A DNA stretch of 64,000 nt from Acidobacteriaceae bacterium (lineage in GTDB: Bacteria > Acidobacteriota > Terriglobia > Terriglobales > Acidobacteriaceae). The notes below the pieces were generated by a model. That model had not been told where the DNA came from, ran no database searches, and saw only the letters and a list, made by a program, of their open reading frames with translations. The stretch lies in NCBI GenBank assembly GCA_049579805.1, contig JBAUOP010000048.1, positions 27,136 to 91,135 on the forward strand. The letters run 5' to 3'. The position numbers and the translations under genes are program-made. Shown here one piece after another: positions 7,687 to 16,447 of this stretch (the first letter of the stretch is position 1; each line of letters opens with the position of its first letter).

Positions 7687-9645
7687 ATGGGCCGCATCCG
7701 CATTCTCTCCGACCAGGTCGCTAATCAGATCGCCGCCGGCGAGGTGGTGGACCGGCCCGCGTCGGTGGTGAAGGAGCTGCTGGAGAACGCGCTGGACGCG
7801 GGGGCGACGCGGATTCGCGTGGAGATCGAGGCGGGCGGCCGGAAGCTGATTCAGGTGGCCGATAACGGCTGCGGCATGGTGCGCGACGACGCTCTGCTGG
7901 CTTTCGAGCGGCACGCGACATCGAAGATCCGCTCGTCGGACGACCTGCTCTCGATCGCGACGCTCGGCTTCCGGGGCGAAGCGCTGCCGTCGATCGCGTC
8001 GATTGCGCGGCTGGAACTGACGACGCGGCCGCCGGACGCAGCGACGGGCACACGGATTGAGATTGCCGGGGGGAAGATACTGGCGGTGGAAGACGCGGGC
8101 GGACCGCAGGGAACGGCGATTGCGGCCAGGGACCTGTTCTTCAATACGCCGGCACGGCGGAAATTCCTGCGGGCGGAGACCACGGAGCTGGCCCATGTAA
8201 CCGCGCTGGTGACACATTATGCGCTGGCGCATCCGGAGATTCACTTCGAGCTGCACTCGGCGACGCGTGCTCTGCTGACAGCGCCGCCGGTGCGAGACGC
8301 CTCCGAGCGGATCTACCAGGTGTTTGGACGCGAAACGCTCGACCAGTTGCTGCCGCTGGCTGCCGAACGCCGCTTTGAGCATGCCGGCCTGCCCGAACCG
8401 CCGCCGTGGCGCCGGGACGAGCACTACACCCCGCCCGATCCCGGATGCCTGCGTGTGAGCGGATTCGTTTCGCGGCCGGCGCTGCAGAAGCTGAACCGGA
8501 ACTCGATCTATGTTTTTGTGAACCAGCGGCTGATCCGCGATCGGCTGATCCTGCACGCGATCACCGAGGCGTACAGGAACATCATTCCGCCGACGTCATT
8601 CCCGGTGATTCTGCTCTTTCTGGAAATGCCGCCGCAGGAAGTCGATGTGAATGTGCATCCGGCGAAGACGGAGGTGCGGTTCCGGCAGCAGTCGCTGGTG
8701 CATGATTTCGTGCGCGACTCGATTCGCGTGGCGCTGATGAAGGCGCGGCCGGCGGCCAGTTTTGTGGATGCGCTGAGCGCGAGTCCGCGGGCGTCATCGT
8801 CGCTGGTCCTGGACTCGGCGGTCGAGCAGCCGCCATTGGAGATCCCCGGCTCCGAGTCGCCACCGCAAAGTGCCGACGCCGAGGCGTTCACGCTGGATCC
8901 GCCAGCACAGAGACCGGAAGACGTCCCGCTCCCGTTCGCCGCAGCGGCCGCACTGAGAGAGACTGGACGGAGCGAGCCGGCGAATGGAACGGCTCCGGCG
9001 AACGGCCACGCCTGCGCTGCGCCCACTCTGCCGGAAGGCGGCGAGCCCGCGCCGACGCTGCACTCGCTGGCTTCGCTGAAGCCGCTGGGGCAGCTGCGGG
9101 AGTCGTTCATCCTGGCCACAAACGACGAGGGTCTGTGGATCATCGACCAGCACGTGGCGCACGAGCGGGTTCTCTTTGAGAAGATCCTGCGCGAGCGTCA
9201 GACCGAGCGCGTGGAGCGCCAGCGGCTGCTGATGCCGATACTGATCGACCTGCTTCCGGCGCAGATGGTGGTTTTCTCGGCGCTGGCCGGCGAACTGGAG
9301 CGCAATGGATGCGAGGCAGAGCCGTTCGGCCCGCACACCATCGCTATCAAAGCCGCGCCCTCCGGCCTGAGGGGCAGCGAGTTGGAGCGCATGATCCATG
9401 AAGTTCTGGAGCAGCCGGGGGCCGCGTCGCAGTCGGAGAACCTGGAGACGGCGCGCACGCGGATTGCCGCCTCGATTGCCTGCCATGCCGCCATCAAGGT
9501 GAACATGCCGCTCGATGGGACGCGGATGGAGTGGCTGCTGCAGGAGCTGGCGAAGACCGATCATCCGACCAGCTGCCCGCACGGGCGACCGATTGCTTTA
9601 CGATATTCATGGAAGGACATTCAGCGCGCCTTCCAGCGGATTTAG
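7687..9645 (+). CDS. mutL: DNA mismatch repair protein MutL
   Basis: The N-terminus IRILSDQVANQIAAGEVVDRPASVVKELLENALDAGATRI...DNGCGM is the GHKL ATPase signature of MutL. The C-terminal dimerisation/endonuclease domain contains DQHVAHERVLFE and ACHAAIK. 652 aa. Confidence 0.97.
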   Translation: MGRIRILSDQVANQIAAGEVVDRPASVVKELLENALDAGATRIRVEIEAGGRKLIQVADNGCGMVRDDALLAFERHATSKIRSSDDLLSIATLGFRGEALPSIASIARLELTTRPPDAATGTRIEIAGGKILAVEDAGGPQGTAIAARDLFFNTPARRKFLRAETTELAHVTALVTHYALAHPEIHFELHSATRALLTAPPVRDASERIYQVFGRETLDQLLPLAAERRFEHAGLPEPPPWRRDEHYTPPDPGCLRVSGFVSRPALQKLNRNSIYVFVNQRLIRDRLILHAITEAYRNIIPPTSFPVILLFLEMPPQEVDVNVHPAKTEVRFRQQSLVHDFVRDSIRVALMKARPAASFVDALSASPRASSSLVLDSAVEQPPLEIPGSESPPQSADAEAFTLDPPAQRPEDVPLPFAAAAALRETGRSEPANGTAPANGHACAAPTLPEGGEPAPTLHSLASLKPLGQLRESFILATNDEGLWIIDQHVAHERVLFEKILRERQTERVERQRLLMPILIDLLPAQMVVFSALAGELERNGCEAEPFGPHTIAIKAAPSGLRGSELERMIHEVLEQPGAASQSENLETARTRIAASIACHAAIKVNMPLDGTRMEWLLQELAKTDHPTSCPHGRPIALRYSWKDIQRAFQRI

Positions 9646-9675
9646 CCACTCACCAACCTGCACAGCGGACAAATC

Positions 9676-11730
9676 TTGAATCAGCAACAATTACAAATCG
9701 CGCGCACCGCGCTCTGGCATCAGACCGCGCCGCTGCTGACCGCCGACGAAGCGACGGCCTGGCTGGAAGACCTGGGGCTCTGCCTGTTCCTGCCGCGGCA
9801 CGCGCAGCTGCCCGCGCCCGCTCCGTCTTTCGTGGAGGCGGTTCACGGGGCCGCGAGCGCGGCGCCGCCTGCCGCTGCGCTGGAGCACGCCAGCGAACTG
9901 ACCGCGCGCCTGGTGGACGATGACCGGGTTGTGCCCCTGAACCTGCTGGGCACGTATTCCGAGCAGGCCGATTTCCTGATCACCCCCGAGGTTCTGCCGT
10001 GGGTAGCGGCCGTGCGCGGAGATCGCCAGTGGACGGCGGCGCCGGGCGGTCACACGTCGCCGCTGGTGGTTCGCACGTGGCAGACGCTGGATCGCGAAGG
10101 GGAAGCGACGGCGGTGCAGGTGCGCGAATTGCTGGGGCGCGAGCTGACCGAAGGCGCGGTGCTGCGGGCTCTGATCGAGCTGTGGACGACGGTGCGGGCG
10201 ATGCCGGTGTACAAGCGGGGCGAGCCGACGCGCTGGACGCTGCTGAAGCACCGCTTCCCGGCGCAGCTGACGACGGGGGCGAATACAGCGCAGGCGACGG
10301 CGCTTTCCGCGCTGCTTTCTATTTATCTGCGCTCCGCGGTGGCCGCGACGGCCGAGGAAGCGGAGATTTTCCTGTCGCCACTCACCGCGCGGTCGCGGAT
10401 CCGGGAAGTGATCCACGGAATGACGGCAGCGCGGCATTTCGGCAGCATGAGCGTGGCGTCGCAGACGCTTCTGTTTGTGGAGGGGTCGCTGCCGGAGAAT
10501 CTGCCCGCGGAGGAGCCGGAGACCGCGGCACCGGTGGAGAAAGCGCCGCGCGCGCCCAGACCGCCTTTCAGGAGGGAATTCCAGGACAAACGCCGAACCT
10601 CGCGTCCTCCTGGCGCATCCGCGCGAGCGCCGCGGCGGCCTATCGCAGACGGGCGGCCGGAGAAGCGTGCAGACGCTCGCCCTCGAGAAACATCAGCCTG
10701 GGAGCGACGGCCGGCCTTGCGCAGACCGGAGCGGCCAGCACCTACGGAAGGGGCGGCGACTGAATCGCGCCCCGGGGCTCGTGAGACGCGGCCCTCTACC
10801 GGATTCCGCCCGGGGGCTCGGGGCGAGAAACGTCCGGGGGCTAAGCCGTGGGAGCGCCGTCCAGCTTTTCGCAGACCGGAGCGCCCGGCACCTAAGGCAG
10901 GGGCATCGACTGAATCGCGGCCCGGGGCTCGGAGCGAGAAGCGGCCCTCTACCGGATTCCGTCCGGGGCCTCGTGGCGAGAAACGTCCAGGGGCTAAGCC
11001 GTGGGAGCGCCGACCGGCCTTTCGCAGACCGGAGCGGCCAGCGCCTGGGGAACGGGCGTCGGCTGAATCGCGGCCCGGGGCTCGGGGCGAGGAGCGGCCA
11101 GGGACCGGATTCCGCACGGGGCCTCGTGGCGAAAAACGTCCGGGGGCTAGGCCGTGGGAGCGCCGACCGGCCTTTCGCAGATCGGAGCGGCCGGCGCCTG
11201 GGGGACGGGCGTCGGCTGAATCGCGGCCCGGGACTCGGGGCGATAAACGGCCCGGGACCAAGCCATGGGAGCGCCGTCCAGCGTCCGGCACGCGGGGTGA
11301 GGAGCGGCCGAGACCCGGACGGAGTGCGGGGGACGATCGCCGCCCGCGCTTCGAGGGAGAGCGGTCGCCGAATCGGAAATTCGGTCAGAAATTCGAGAAT
11401 AAGTCCGGACAGAAATTCGGGCAGAAGGGCGGCTTTCGCCCTTCCAGTCCGAACCGATTCGGGGAGAAGAAACCGGGGGCAAAGCCCTTCGGCGGTCCGC
11501 GTCCGAAGTTTCCGCCCAAGCGCGAAGAGGGTGGAGCGGCGGCAGGAGGACCAGCAGAAGGCGGCGATCGCCGACCCCGCTTCCGAAAGCCGTCGGCCAG
11601 GGAGGATTCCGCCCGCCCGTCGGCTCGGGGCAAAGACTACAAAGGCCCTGGCAAGAAAAATTTCCGCAAAGCCAACCCGGGCGAACGAAATCCGCGCAAG
11701 AATCGTAGTCAGGAAGAGAAACCTGAATGA
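9676..11730 (+). CDS. Hypothetical protein: ~270-aa globular N-domain (possibly winged-helix-like) plus ~410-aa Arg/Pro/Glu/Gly-rich disordered tail with tandem 50-51-aa repeats
   Basis: 684-aa ORF with strong third-position GC, wedged between mutL and cmk. Its stop overlaps the cmk ATG (ATGA). The track start is TTG and there is no nearby ATG, so the true start is uncertain. I recognise no family. Confidence 0.75.
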   Translation: MNQQQLQIARTALWHQTAPLLTADEATAWLEDLGLCLFLPRHAQLPAPAPSFVEAVHGAASAAPPAAALEHASELTARLVDDDRVVPLNLLGTYSEQADFLITPEVLPWVAAVRGDRQWTAAPGGHTSPLVVRTWQTLDREGEATAVQVRELLGRELTEGAVLRALIELWTTVRAMPVYKRGEPTRWTLLKHRFPAQLTTGANTAQATALSALLSIYLRSAVAATAEEAEIFLSPLTARSRIREVIHGMTAARHFGSMSVASQTLLFVEGSLPENLPAEEPETAAPVEKAPRAPRPPFRREFQDKRRTSRPPGASARAPRRPIADGRPEKRADARPRETSAWERRPALRRPERPAPTEGAATESRPGARETRPSTGFRPGARGEKRPGAKPWERRPAFRRPERPAPKAGASTESRPGARSEKRPSTGFRPGPRGEKRPGAKPWERRPAFRRPERPAPGERASAESRPGARGEERPGTGFRTGPRGEKRPGARPWERRPAFRRSERPAPGGRASAESRPGTRGDKRPGTKPWERRPASGTRGEERPRPGRSAGDDRRPRFEGERSPNRKFGQKFENKSGQKFGQKGGFRPSSPNRFGEKKPGAKPFGGPRPKFPPKREEGGAAAGGPAEGGDRRPRFRKPSAREDSARPSARGKDYKGPGKKNFRKANPGERNPRKNRSQEEKPE
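10699..11300 (+). repeat. In-frame tandem DNA repeat, period 150/153 bp, about 3.7 copies
   Basis: Units start at 10699, 10849, 11002, 11155 and 11266 (partial). Each begins TGGGAGCG(C/A)CG... = WERRPAxRRPERPAP...ESRPGAR...GFRPG.RGEKRPGAKP. Copies 3 and 4 are near-identical over their first ~75 nt. Confidence 0.9.
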
Positions 11731-12494
11731 GCCGCGGCCCCATCATCGCCATTGACGGTCCAGCCGGAGCCGGCAAAAGCACGGTCGCGCGGCATCTGGC
11801 ACAGCACTTCGGGTTGCTGAATCTGGAGACGGGGGCGATGTACCGCGCATTTGCGCTGAAGGCGATCCTTTCCGACATCGACTTCGACGACCCGACGGCG
11901 CTGGAGCGGCTGGCGCGCGACACGAACATCACCCTGGAGGCGGATCGGCACGGCAACCGGGTGTATCTCGACGGGCAGGATGTGACGGAGCGCATTCGCG
12001 ATTCCGATGTGACGCAGGGGGCGTCGCGGGTGAGCGTACATTCTGCGATTCGCTGCTGGATGGTCGATCTGCAGCGGGAGCTGGGGCGCCGGGGCGGGGT
12101 AGTGATGGAGGGACGCGACATCGGGACCGTGGTTTTCCCGGACGCGGACGTGAAGGTATTTCTGGACGCGTCACCGGAAGCCCGCGGCCAGCGCCGTTAC
12201 GAACAGACAGCCGGGGCCAAAGAGCTCATGCCTCTCCTGTCCGGATACGAGCAGAACGCCGGTCCGGGCGGACAGCCGAGGCCCTCCAGCGCCGCCGACC
12301 GCGCCGCCGTCTCACAGGAGCTGCGGGAGCGGGATGAGCGCGACCGCAATCGCGCTAGCTCGCCGCTGCGGCCGGCGGCGGATGCGATCGTCATCGATTC
12401 GACGAACCTCAGCCTCAACCAGGTTCTCGCGCGCATTGAGGATCTGGTGCGGACGCTGTTCGCGAGCCGGGATCAGGCGGCCCACGTCGGTTAG
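11727..12494 (+). CDS. cmk: Cytidylate kinase
   Basis: IIAIDGPAGAGKSTVARHLAQHFGLLNLETGAMYRA contains the P-loop and Cmk N-terminal signature. Later MEGRDIGTVVFPDADVKVFL.AS.E.R..RR. 255 aa. Confidence 0.95.
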   Translation: MSRGPIIAIDGPAGAGKSTVARHLAQHFGLLNLETGAMYRAFALKAILSDIDFDDPTALERLARDTNITLEADRHGNRVYLDGQDVTERIRDSDVTQGASRVSVHSAIRCWMVDLQRELGRRGGVVMEGRDIGTVVFPDADVKVFLDASPEARGQRRYEQTAGAKELMPLLSGYEQNAGPGGQPRPSSAADRAAVSQELRERDERDRNRASSPLRPAADAIVIDSTNLSLNQVLARIEDLVRTLFASRDQAAHVG

Positions 12495-12506
12495 GCAGGT
12501 TAGGCC
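12489..12506. repeat. 9-nt tandem duplication filling the cmk / DUF4097 convergent gap
   Basis: ggttaggca ggttaggcc. The first copy contains the cmk TAG stop. The minus-strand DUF4097 stop (cta, 12507-12509) lies immediately after the second copy. Confidence 0.5.
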
Positions 12507-14078
12507 CTATTCCTCTTCGGTCTTGACACCCGGAGGCCCGCGGAAGTGCTTAGGCTTGCCCGGCGGATTGGGCGGGGGAGGGGGCGTCAGCGCCAGCGTC
12601 GCGTTCTCGCCCTTACGCAGCTCGAGGTTGCCATGGTCGGTATCGAGCTGCAGCTGCACACCCCCATGGCCGACGGTTCCTTCCAGCGTCTGGCGGCCGC
12701 CTTCGGTGGTCATCTTCAGAGGAAAGTCGGTGCGGATCGCTTCGTCGCTGCTGGTGCTGCCGCTTACCGTGAAACTGGCATTCTCCGGCATGGAGAGGAT
12801 CACGTTGCCGGTGTGGTCGGCGACCTGCACATTGCCGAGCGGGTTGGCGAGGGTCATGTTGACGTCGCCATTGCTGTCTTCGATGTGGGCGTCGCCGGCG
12901 ATCTGAGTGAGGTCAATGTCTTTGGAGCGCGCCTGCACGCGGATCGGACCCATGGCCTGGCTGACGCTGAGATCGCTCTTGTCGAGAGTGAGCGCGCCCA
13001 CCAGGTGCGGGATGTCGAGGTTGGTCATGCTGGACTGGTAGTGCACGGCGCCGGCGATCTGCTCGAGGTGAATGTCCCCAAAGAATTCTCCGTTGATCGA
13101 CACGGGGCCCTGAATCTGCGAAAGGGTGACGTCATCGCCGCGTCCATCCACGAGGACGCGTCCCTGCACGTTATGCGCGGCAAAGTCGCCGTGATCGACG
13201 TGGCCCTGGACGTCGGCGCCGATGTCCTCCAGCTTGATCTCGCCGTGACTTCCGGTGACCTGCACGCCGCCATTCAGCCCGTCCACGGTCACATCTCCCT
13301 GGCCGGCGGTCACCGTAGCATAGGCGGCTGCGGGCAGCTCCACGGTGAGATCGACGCGCGCGCCTTCTTTTTCAGGGACGCTCAGAACCGCGCCCCCGCC
13401 TGAGGCTTCGATCTTCGGCTGAATCTCGGCGAAAATCTTTCGCGCCTCGGAGTCGGAATCGCGGTGCACCATCTGGTGGGCGCGCACATACATTTTGCCG
13501 TCAGTCGACGCAGTGATGGTGACGTCGCCGGCAGGATCATTGATGGTGACGATGGGTTTGGCCGCGGTGAGGGTCTGGTTCATCTGGACGTCGTTGTCAT
13601 GTTCGGCGCCCATCCAGCTCCAGAAGTTATTCCCGTTGTCGCCGTTGAAGTCCCAGGCGAAGGGACCTACCAGGTGTCCTTCCCGCGAGACCCAGCCGAG
13701 GCAAATCATCAGGATCACGAGCCAGACGATGCCGCCCATCGAGCGGCGGCCGGCCCAGGGGCTCTTCCAGTCGAGAAAGTGCTCGGCGAGCAGAAGAGAG
13801 CCAAGCACGATGAGCAGGAGCGGCCACCAGTGCGCGTACCACGACCAGAACTCGACCGGGTCGAGTCTGCCGGTCTCCATGAGCAGGGCAATGATGCCGA
13901 TGGTGAGAAGGACGACCGGCCCGGTAAAGGAGGGCCGGCGCCAGCCCCGCCAGTAGGTCCGGTAGTAGTCCTTCTGGGCGCGCGCGGCAGCGCGCCACTG
14001 ATCCCGCTGGGCGCGTGCGGCTTGTTTGGCCTGCCAGCGCGCTTCCCGCGATCCCCAGGATGGAGGTGTGCTTACCAT
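12507..14078 (-). CDS. LiaF-like membrane protein: N-terminal TM hairpin(s) + DUF4097 (Toastrack / putative adhesin) beta-repeat domain
   Basis: 523 aa. TM region TGPVVLLTIGIIALLMETGRL...WWPLLLIVLGSLLLAEH. This is followed by the repeated G.V.V.G..G.v.v.t..G.I pattern (GDVTVDGLNGGVQVTGSHGEIKLEDI...). Last gene of the ECF operon. Confidence 0.85.
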   Translation of the reverse strand: MVSTPPSWGSREARWQAKQAARAQRDQWRAAARAQKDYYRTYWRGWRRPSFTGPVVLLTIGIIALLMETGRLDPVEFWSWYAHWWPLLLIVLGSLLLAEHFLDWKSPWAGRRSMGGIVWLVILMICLGWVSREGHLVGPFAWDFNGDNGNNFWSWMGAEHDNDVQMNQTLTAAKPIVTINDPAGDVTITASTDGKMYVRAHQMVHRDSDSEARKIFAEIQPKIEASGGGAVLSVPEKEGARVDLTVELPAAAYATVTAGQGDVTVDGLNGGVQVTGSHGEIKLEDIGADVQGHVDHGDFAAHNVQGRVLVDGRGDDVTLSQIQGPVSINGEFFGDIHLEQIAGAVHYQSSMTNLDIPHLVGALTLDKSDLSVSQAMGPIRVQARSKDIDLTQIAGDAHIEDSNGDVNMTLANPLGNVQVADHTGNVILSMPENASFTVSGSTSSDEAIRTDFPLKMTTEGGRQTLEGTVGHGGVQLQLDTDHGNLELRKGENATLALTPPPPPNPPGKPKHFRGPPGVKTEEE

Positions 14079-14080
14079 AC

Positions 14081-14425
14081 TTACCTCCTCTCCTCGTCCT
14101 CATGGGACGTTGCGTCCCAGGGAACGATGGAGGTGCCCGGAGCGGTGGTTTGCCCGGGAGTTGAGGACATCGCGCCAGGCGCGCCATACCCGGGGGCTGC
14201 CGGGTACTGACCCGGCATCTGGCCTGGGTACTGGCCGGGCAGCGTCGGCGGATATTGGGCGAGGATCGCATTCTCGGCCAGTTTCAGCAGACCGAAGACG
14301 ATCAGGTAGAGGGGCCAACTCCGCCCGTAACCGATGCCGGTATATTCGTCGAGAATCGCAGTGATGCCGAAGGTGAGCAGAACGATCGGTCCGCGCATGC
14401 GCCGCAGAAAGAGATACTGATTCAT
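14081..14425 (-). CDS. Small LiaI-like membrane protein with Pro/Gly/Tyr-rich tail
   Basis: The ATG at 14425 forms an ATGA overlap with the upstream stop. MNQYLFLRRMRGPIVLLTFGITAILDEYTGIGYGRSWPLYLIVFGLLKLAE is paralogous to the TM hairpin of the next gene. The upstream 49 codons of the track ORF lie inside the preceding gene. Confidence 0.7.
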   Translation of the reverse strand: MNQYLFLRRMRGPIVLLTFGITAILDEYTGIGYGRSWPLYLIVFGLLKLAENAILAQYPPTLPGQYPGQMPGQYPAAPGYGAPGAMSSTPGQTTAPGTSIVPWDATSHEDEERR

Positions 14426-15540
14426 TGCGCACCTCCCGCCGGCGGCTCCGACTTCGCGACGGGCGGCGGAGGTGGAGGCGGATAGCCGGCTCCCGGAGGC
14501 GGAGGCGCATGGAAGCCGCCCCGTGCCCGCACCAGCAGCCACACGGCGATGCCCACAATGATCAGCGGCCATCCGTGGCTGACCCAGCCGAAGTTAAAGA
14601 AGCCGAGGGTATTGAAGAGAAAGAGCATGCCCAGCAGGATGAGGACGATGGCGCCGATTGGCTCCCTTCGGGCGCGCTCCAGCTCCCAATCCGGCGGCGG
14701 CACCGGCGCGGCGCCGGGCGTGGGAGTCCAGCCGGGAGGGGGCGGAGGCGGCGCATAACCAGCGCCGGTGGGGGGCGGGACGGGCGGCACGGCCCATCCG
14801 GTGGGCGGCCAGGGCTGCCCGGCCTGGTGCGCTGTCTGGTGCGCCTCGGTGACGATGCGCTGGCGGAGCTGCTCGCCCCACTGGCCGGCCTGCTGGCCAA
14901 AGGTCTGCGCGCCCTGCTTCAACTGCTCGGCCCAGTCGAGCTGGCCGGGCGCTGTGCCCGGAACGGGGCCGGGAGCAAATCCGGAAGCGGCGCCGGGAGG
15001 CACAGGACCGGCTCCAGGAGGAGGCGGCGGCGGTGTCCAGGGCCGCGGCGGCGTGTGACCGCCGATGGCATTGCCCAGCTCATTGAGGCCGAAGGGATCG
15101 GGCAACGGCATCCCGTCGCGCCGGGCTTTGGCGGTCTGGTGCGCGTCAAAGACCTGATAGAAAACCCAGGCCGCCAGGAAGATTCCAAAGAGACCGTAGT
15201 GTTCGGTGATGCCGATGAGGACGACAAACACCAGGACGTGGATGACGGCCTTGATGTATTGGCCGTTGTACATGGCGCCCACGCCAGGGATGAAGCCCAG
15301 CACCGCCGCGGTACCCGGATTCGGAGCGCCAGGGGGGGGAATTCCCGGGGGGATGGGACCGGGGCCAAAAGGTCCGGGAGGAACACCGGGACCCGGCGTG
15401 GCGCCTGTGACCCGCGCCGCGAGACAAGGCTCGCAGAAGATATTCCCCTGAACATCTTTCGCGCACGCCGCGCACAGGGCCTTGCCGCAATTCTGACAAA
15501 AGGCGGTTGCCGCCGCCTCGGGATGGTTGACGCAGTTCAT
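14422..15540 (-). CDS. B-box-type zinc-finger membrane protein with Pro-rich linkers
   Basis: The ATG at 15540 forms an ATGA overlap with the anti-sigma stop. MNCVNHPEAAATAFCQNCGKALCAACAKDV.GNIFCEPC is a B-box/zinc-ribbon motif. It has two central TM helices, a Gln-rich helical segment, a C-terminal TM hairpin (EPIGAIVLILLGMLFLFN...GWPLIIVGIAVWLLV), and PPPP tracts. Confidence 0.8.
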   Translation of the reverse strand: MNCVNHPEAAATAFCQNCGKALCAACAKDVQGNIFCEPCLAARVTGATPGPGVPPGPFGPGPIPPGIPPPGAPNPGTAAVLGFIPGVGAMYNGQYIKAVIHVLVFVVLIGITEHYGLFGIFLAAWVFYQVFDAHQTAKARRDGMPLPDPFGLNELGNAIGGHTPPRPWTPPPPPPGAGPVPPGAASGFAPGPVPGTAPGQLDWAEQLKQGAQTFGQQAGQWGEQLRQRIVTEAHQTAHQAGQPWPPTGWAVPPVPPPTGAGYAPPPPPPGWTPTPGAAPVPPPDWELERARREPIGAIVLILLGMLFLFNTLGFFNFGWVSHGWPLIIVGIAVWLLVRARGGFHAPPPPGAGYPPPPPPPVAKSEPPAGGAQ

Positions 15541-16445
15541 ACCAGGCTCCTTCTGTCGTTCCTCTCCTGCAGCCCGGCTCTGAGTTGACCCGTTCTGGGT
15601 TGATCCAGGGAAACGCAATGCGAATGACCCGCAAACACTGTTGCTTCTGCCTCTGCTTTTGTAACTAAGATTGATCTTAAGCGACGAGGCCCACGGAATG
15701 CGGTGCGCTGCTCGACAGGTTGCGGCGCGAGCGTGGTGGCGGCGCGGCGGCCGGCATTGAGCACGTCTCCGCGCGGACCGCTCCCCAGACTGCCGCTCTT
15801 GTCGCCGCTTTGCTTCGAGGGCTCCTGCTTTTTCTGCGGCTGTCCTGCGCCGGGGGTGGTCTCCACAGTCCGGCGCAGTTCCCGCATGCGGGATTCGAGC
15901 TGATAGACGAAGCGGAGATTGTCGTAATACCGTACCACCGAGCCGCGCGCGGCATAGAACTGGCGCGAAACGGTGCTGCCGATGGTGGAGGGGCTAAGAT
16001 CGGCGAGGCGCAGATCGCTCACCTTCACGCCGATCAGATTCAGCGTGAGGGCGATGGAGAAGAAAGCCATGGCCACGGTCATGAGCAGCCGCGCCTCGTG
16101 AAAGTTACGCCGCCAGGGCAGGGCCATCGCTGCCGCGCCCGCTCCCTGGCCGGCCGCGACGACCGGCAGCGGCATGCTGCCCGGGCCGACGGTCCGATCG
16201 AGGATCTTACCCATGAGCGTGGAGGGCACGTCGGGCTCGCTATGGAGATAGCCCAGCCACTCCCGTCCCTGCCCCGCATGAGCCAGCAGGTCGCCGCAGT
16301 TGGCGCAGTTGGCGCTGTGGGCGCGGAAGGCCACCGCTTTGTCCTCGGGCAGCAGGCCGTCCAGCGCATCCGCCAGCAGGGCCTCCCAGTCCTCGCAACG
16401 GAGCGCAGCGTCTGGCTTATTTCCGAATTGGTTGTGCTCGGCCAT
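15537..16445 (-). CDS. Anti-sigma factor, zf-HC2 type
   Basis: CEDWEALLADALDGLLPEDKAVAFRAHSANCANCGDLL is the H-x3-C-x2-C putative zinc-finger anti-sigma motif. It has a single TM (LLMTVAMAFFSIALTLNLIGV) and lies immediately downstream of the ECF sigma gene. Confidence 0.85.
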   Translation of the reverse strand: MAEHNQFGNKPDAALRCEDWEALLADALDGLLPEDKAVAFRAHSANCANCGDLLAHAGQGREWLGYLHSEPDVPSTLMGKILDRTVGPGSMPLPVVAAGQGAGAAAMALPWRRNFHEARLLMTVAMAFFSIALTLNLIGVKVSDLRLADLSPSTIGSTVSRQFYAARGSVVRYYDNLRFVYQLESRMRELRRTVETTPGAGQPQKKQEPSKQSGDKSGSLGSGPRGDVLNAGRRAATTLAPQPVEQRTAFRGPRRLRSILVTKAEAEATVFAGHSHCVSLDQPRTGQLRAGLQERNDRRSLV

Positions 16446-16447
16446 CG

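Noticed and set aside
7291-8556. Long ORFs antisense to real genes. Track examples: 7291..8556 (mutL); 10323..11291 (repeat protein); 14425..15588; 16457..17326; 17997..19532; 20952..22148 and 21313..22320 (ftsH); 23264..24217; 31038..32477; 36904..38181; 40099..41307; 43469..44506; 46027..47118; 48215..49570; 49598..50995; 53287..54180; 54315..55301; 58584..59807; 60347..62137; 5630..6379.
   Set aside because: Each lies opposite a gene with clear family motifs. All have Arg/Pro/His/Gly-rich low-information sequences. They are the expected stop-codon-poor frames of high-GC3 DNA.
10699-11300. Possible CRISPR-like or intergenic repeat array
   Set aside because: The repeats are 150/153 bp, contiguous and without spacers. 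They are in frame and lie entirely inside a high-GC3 coding region. They encode protein repeats.
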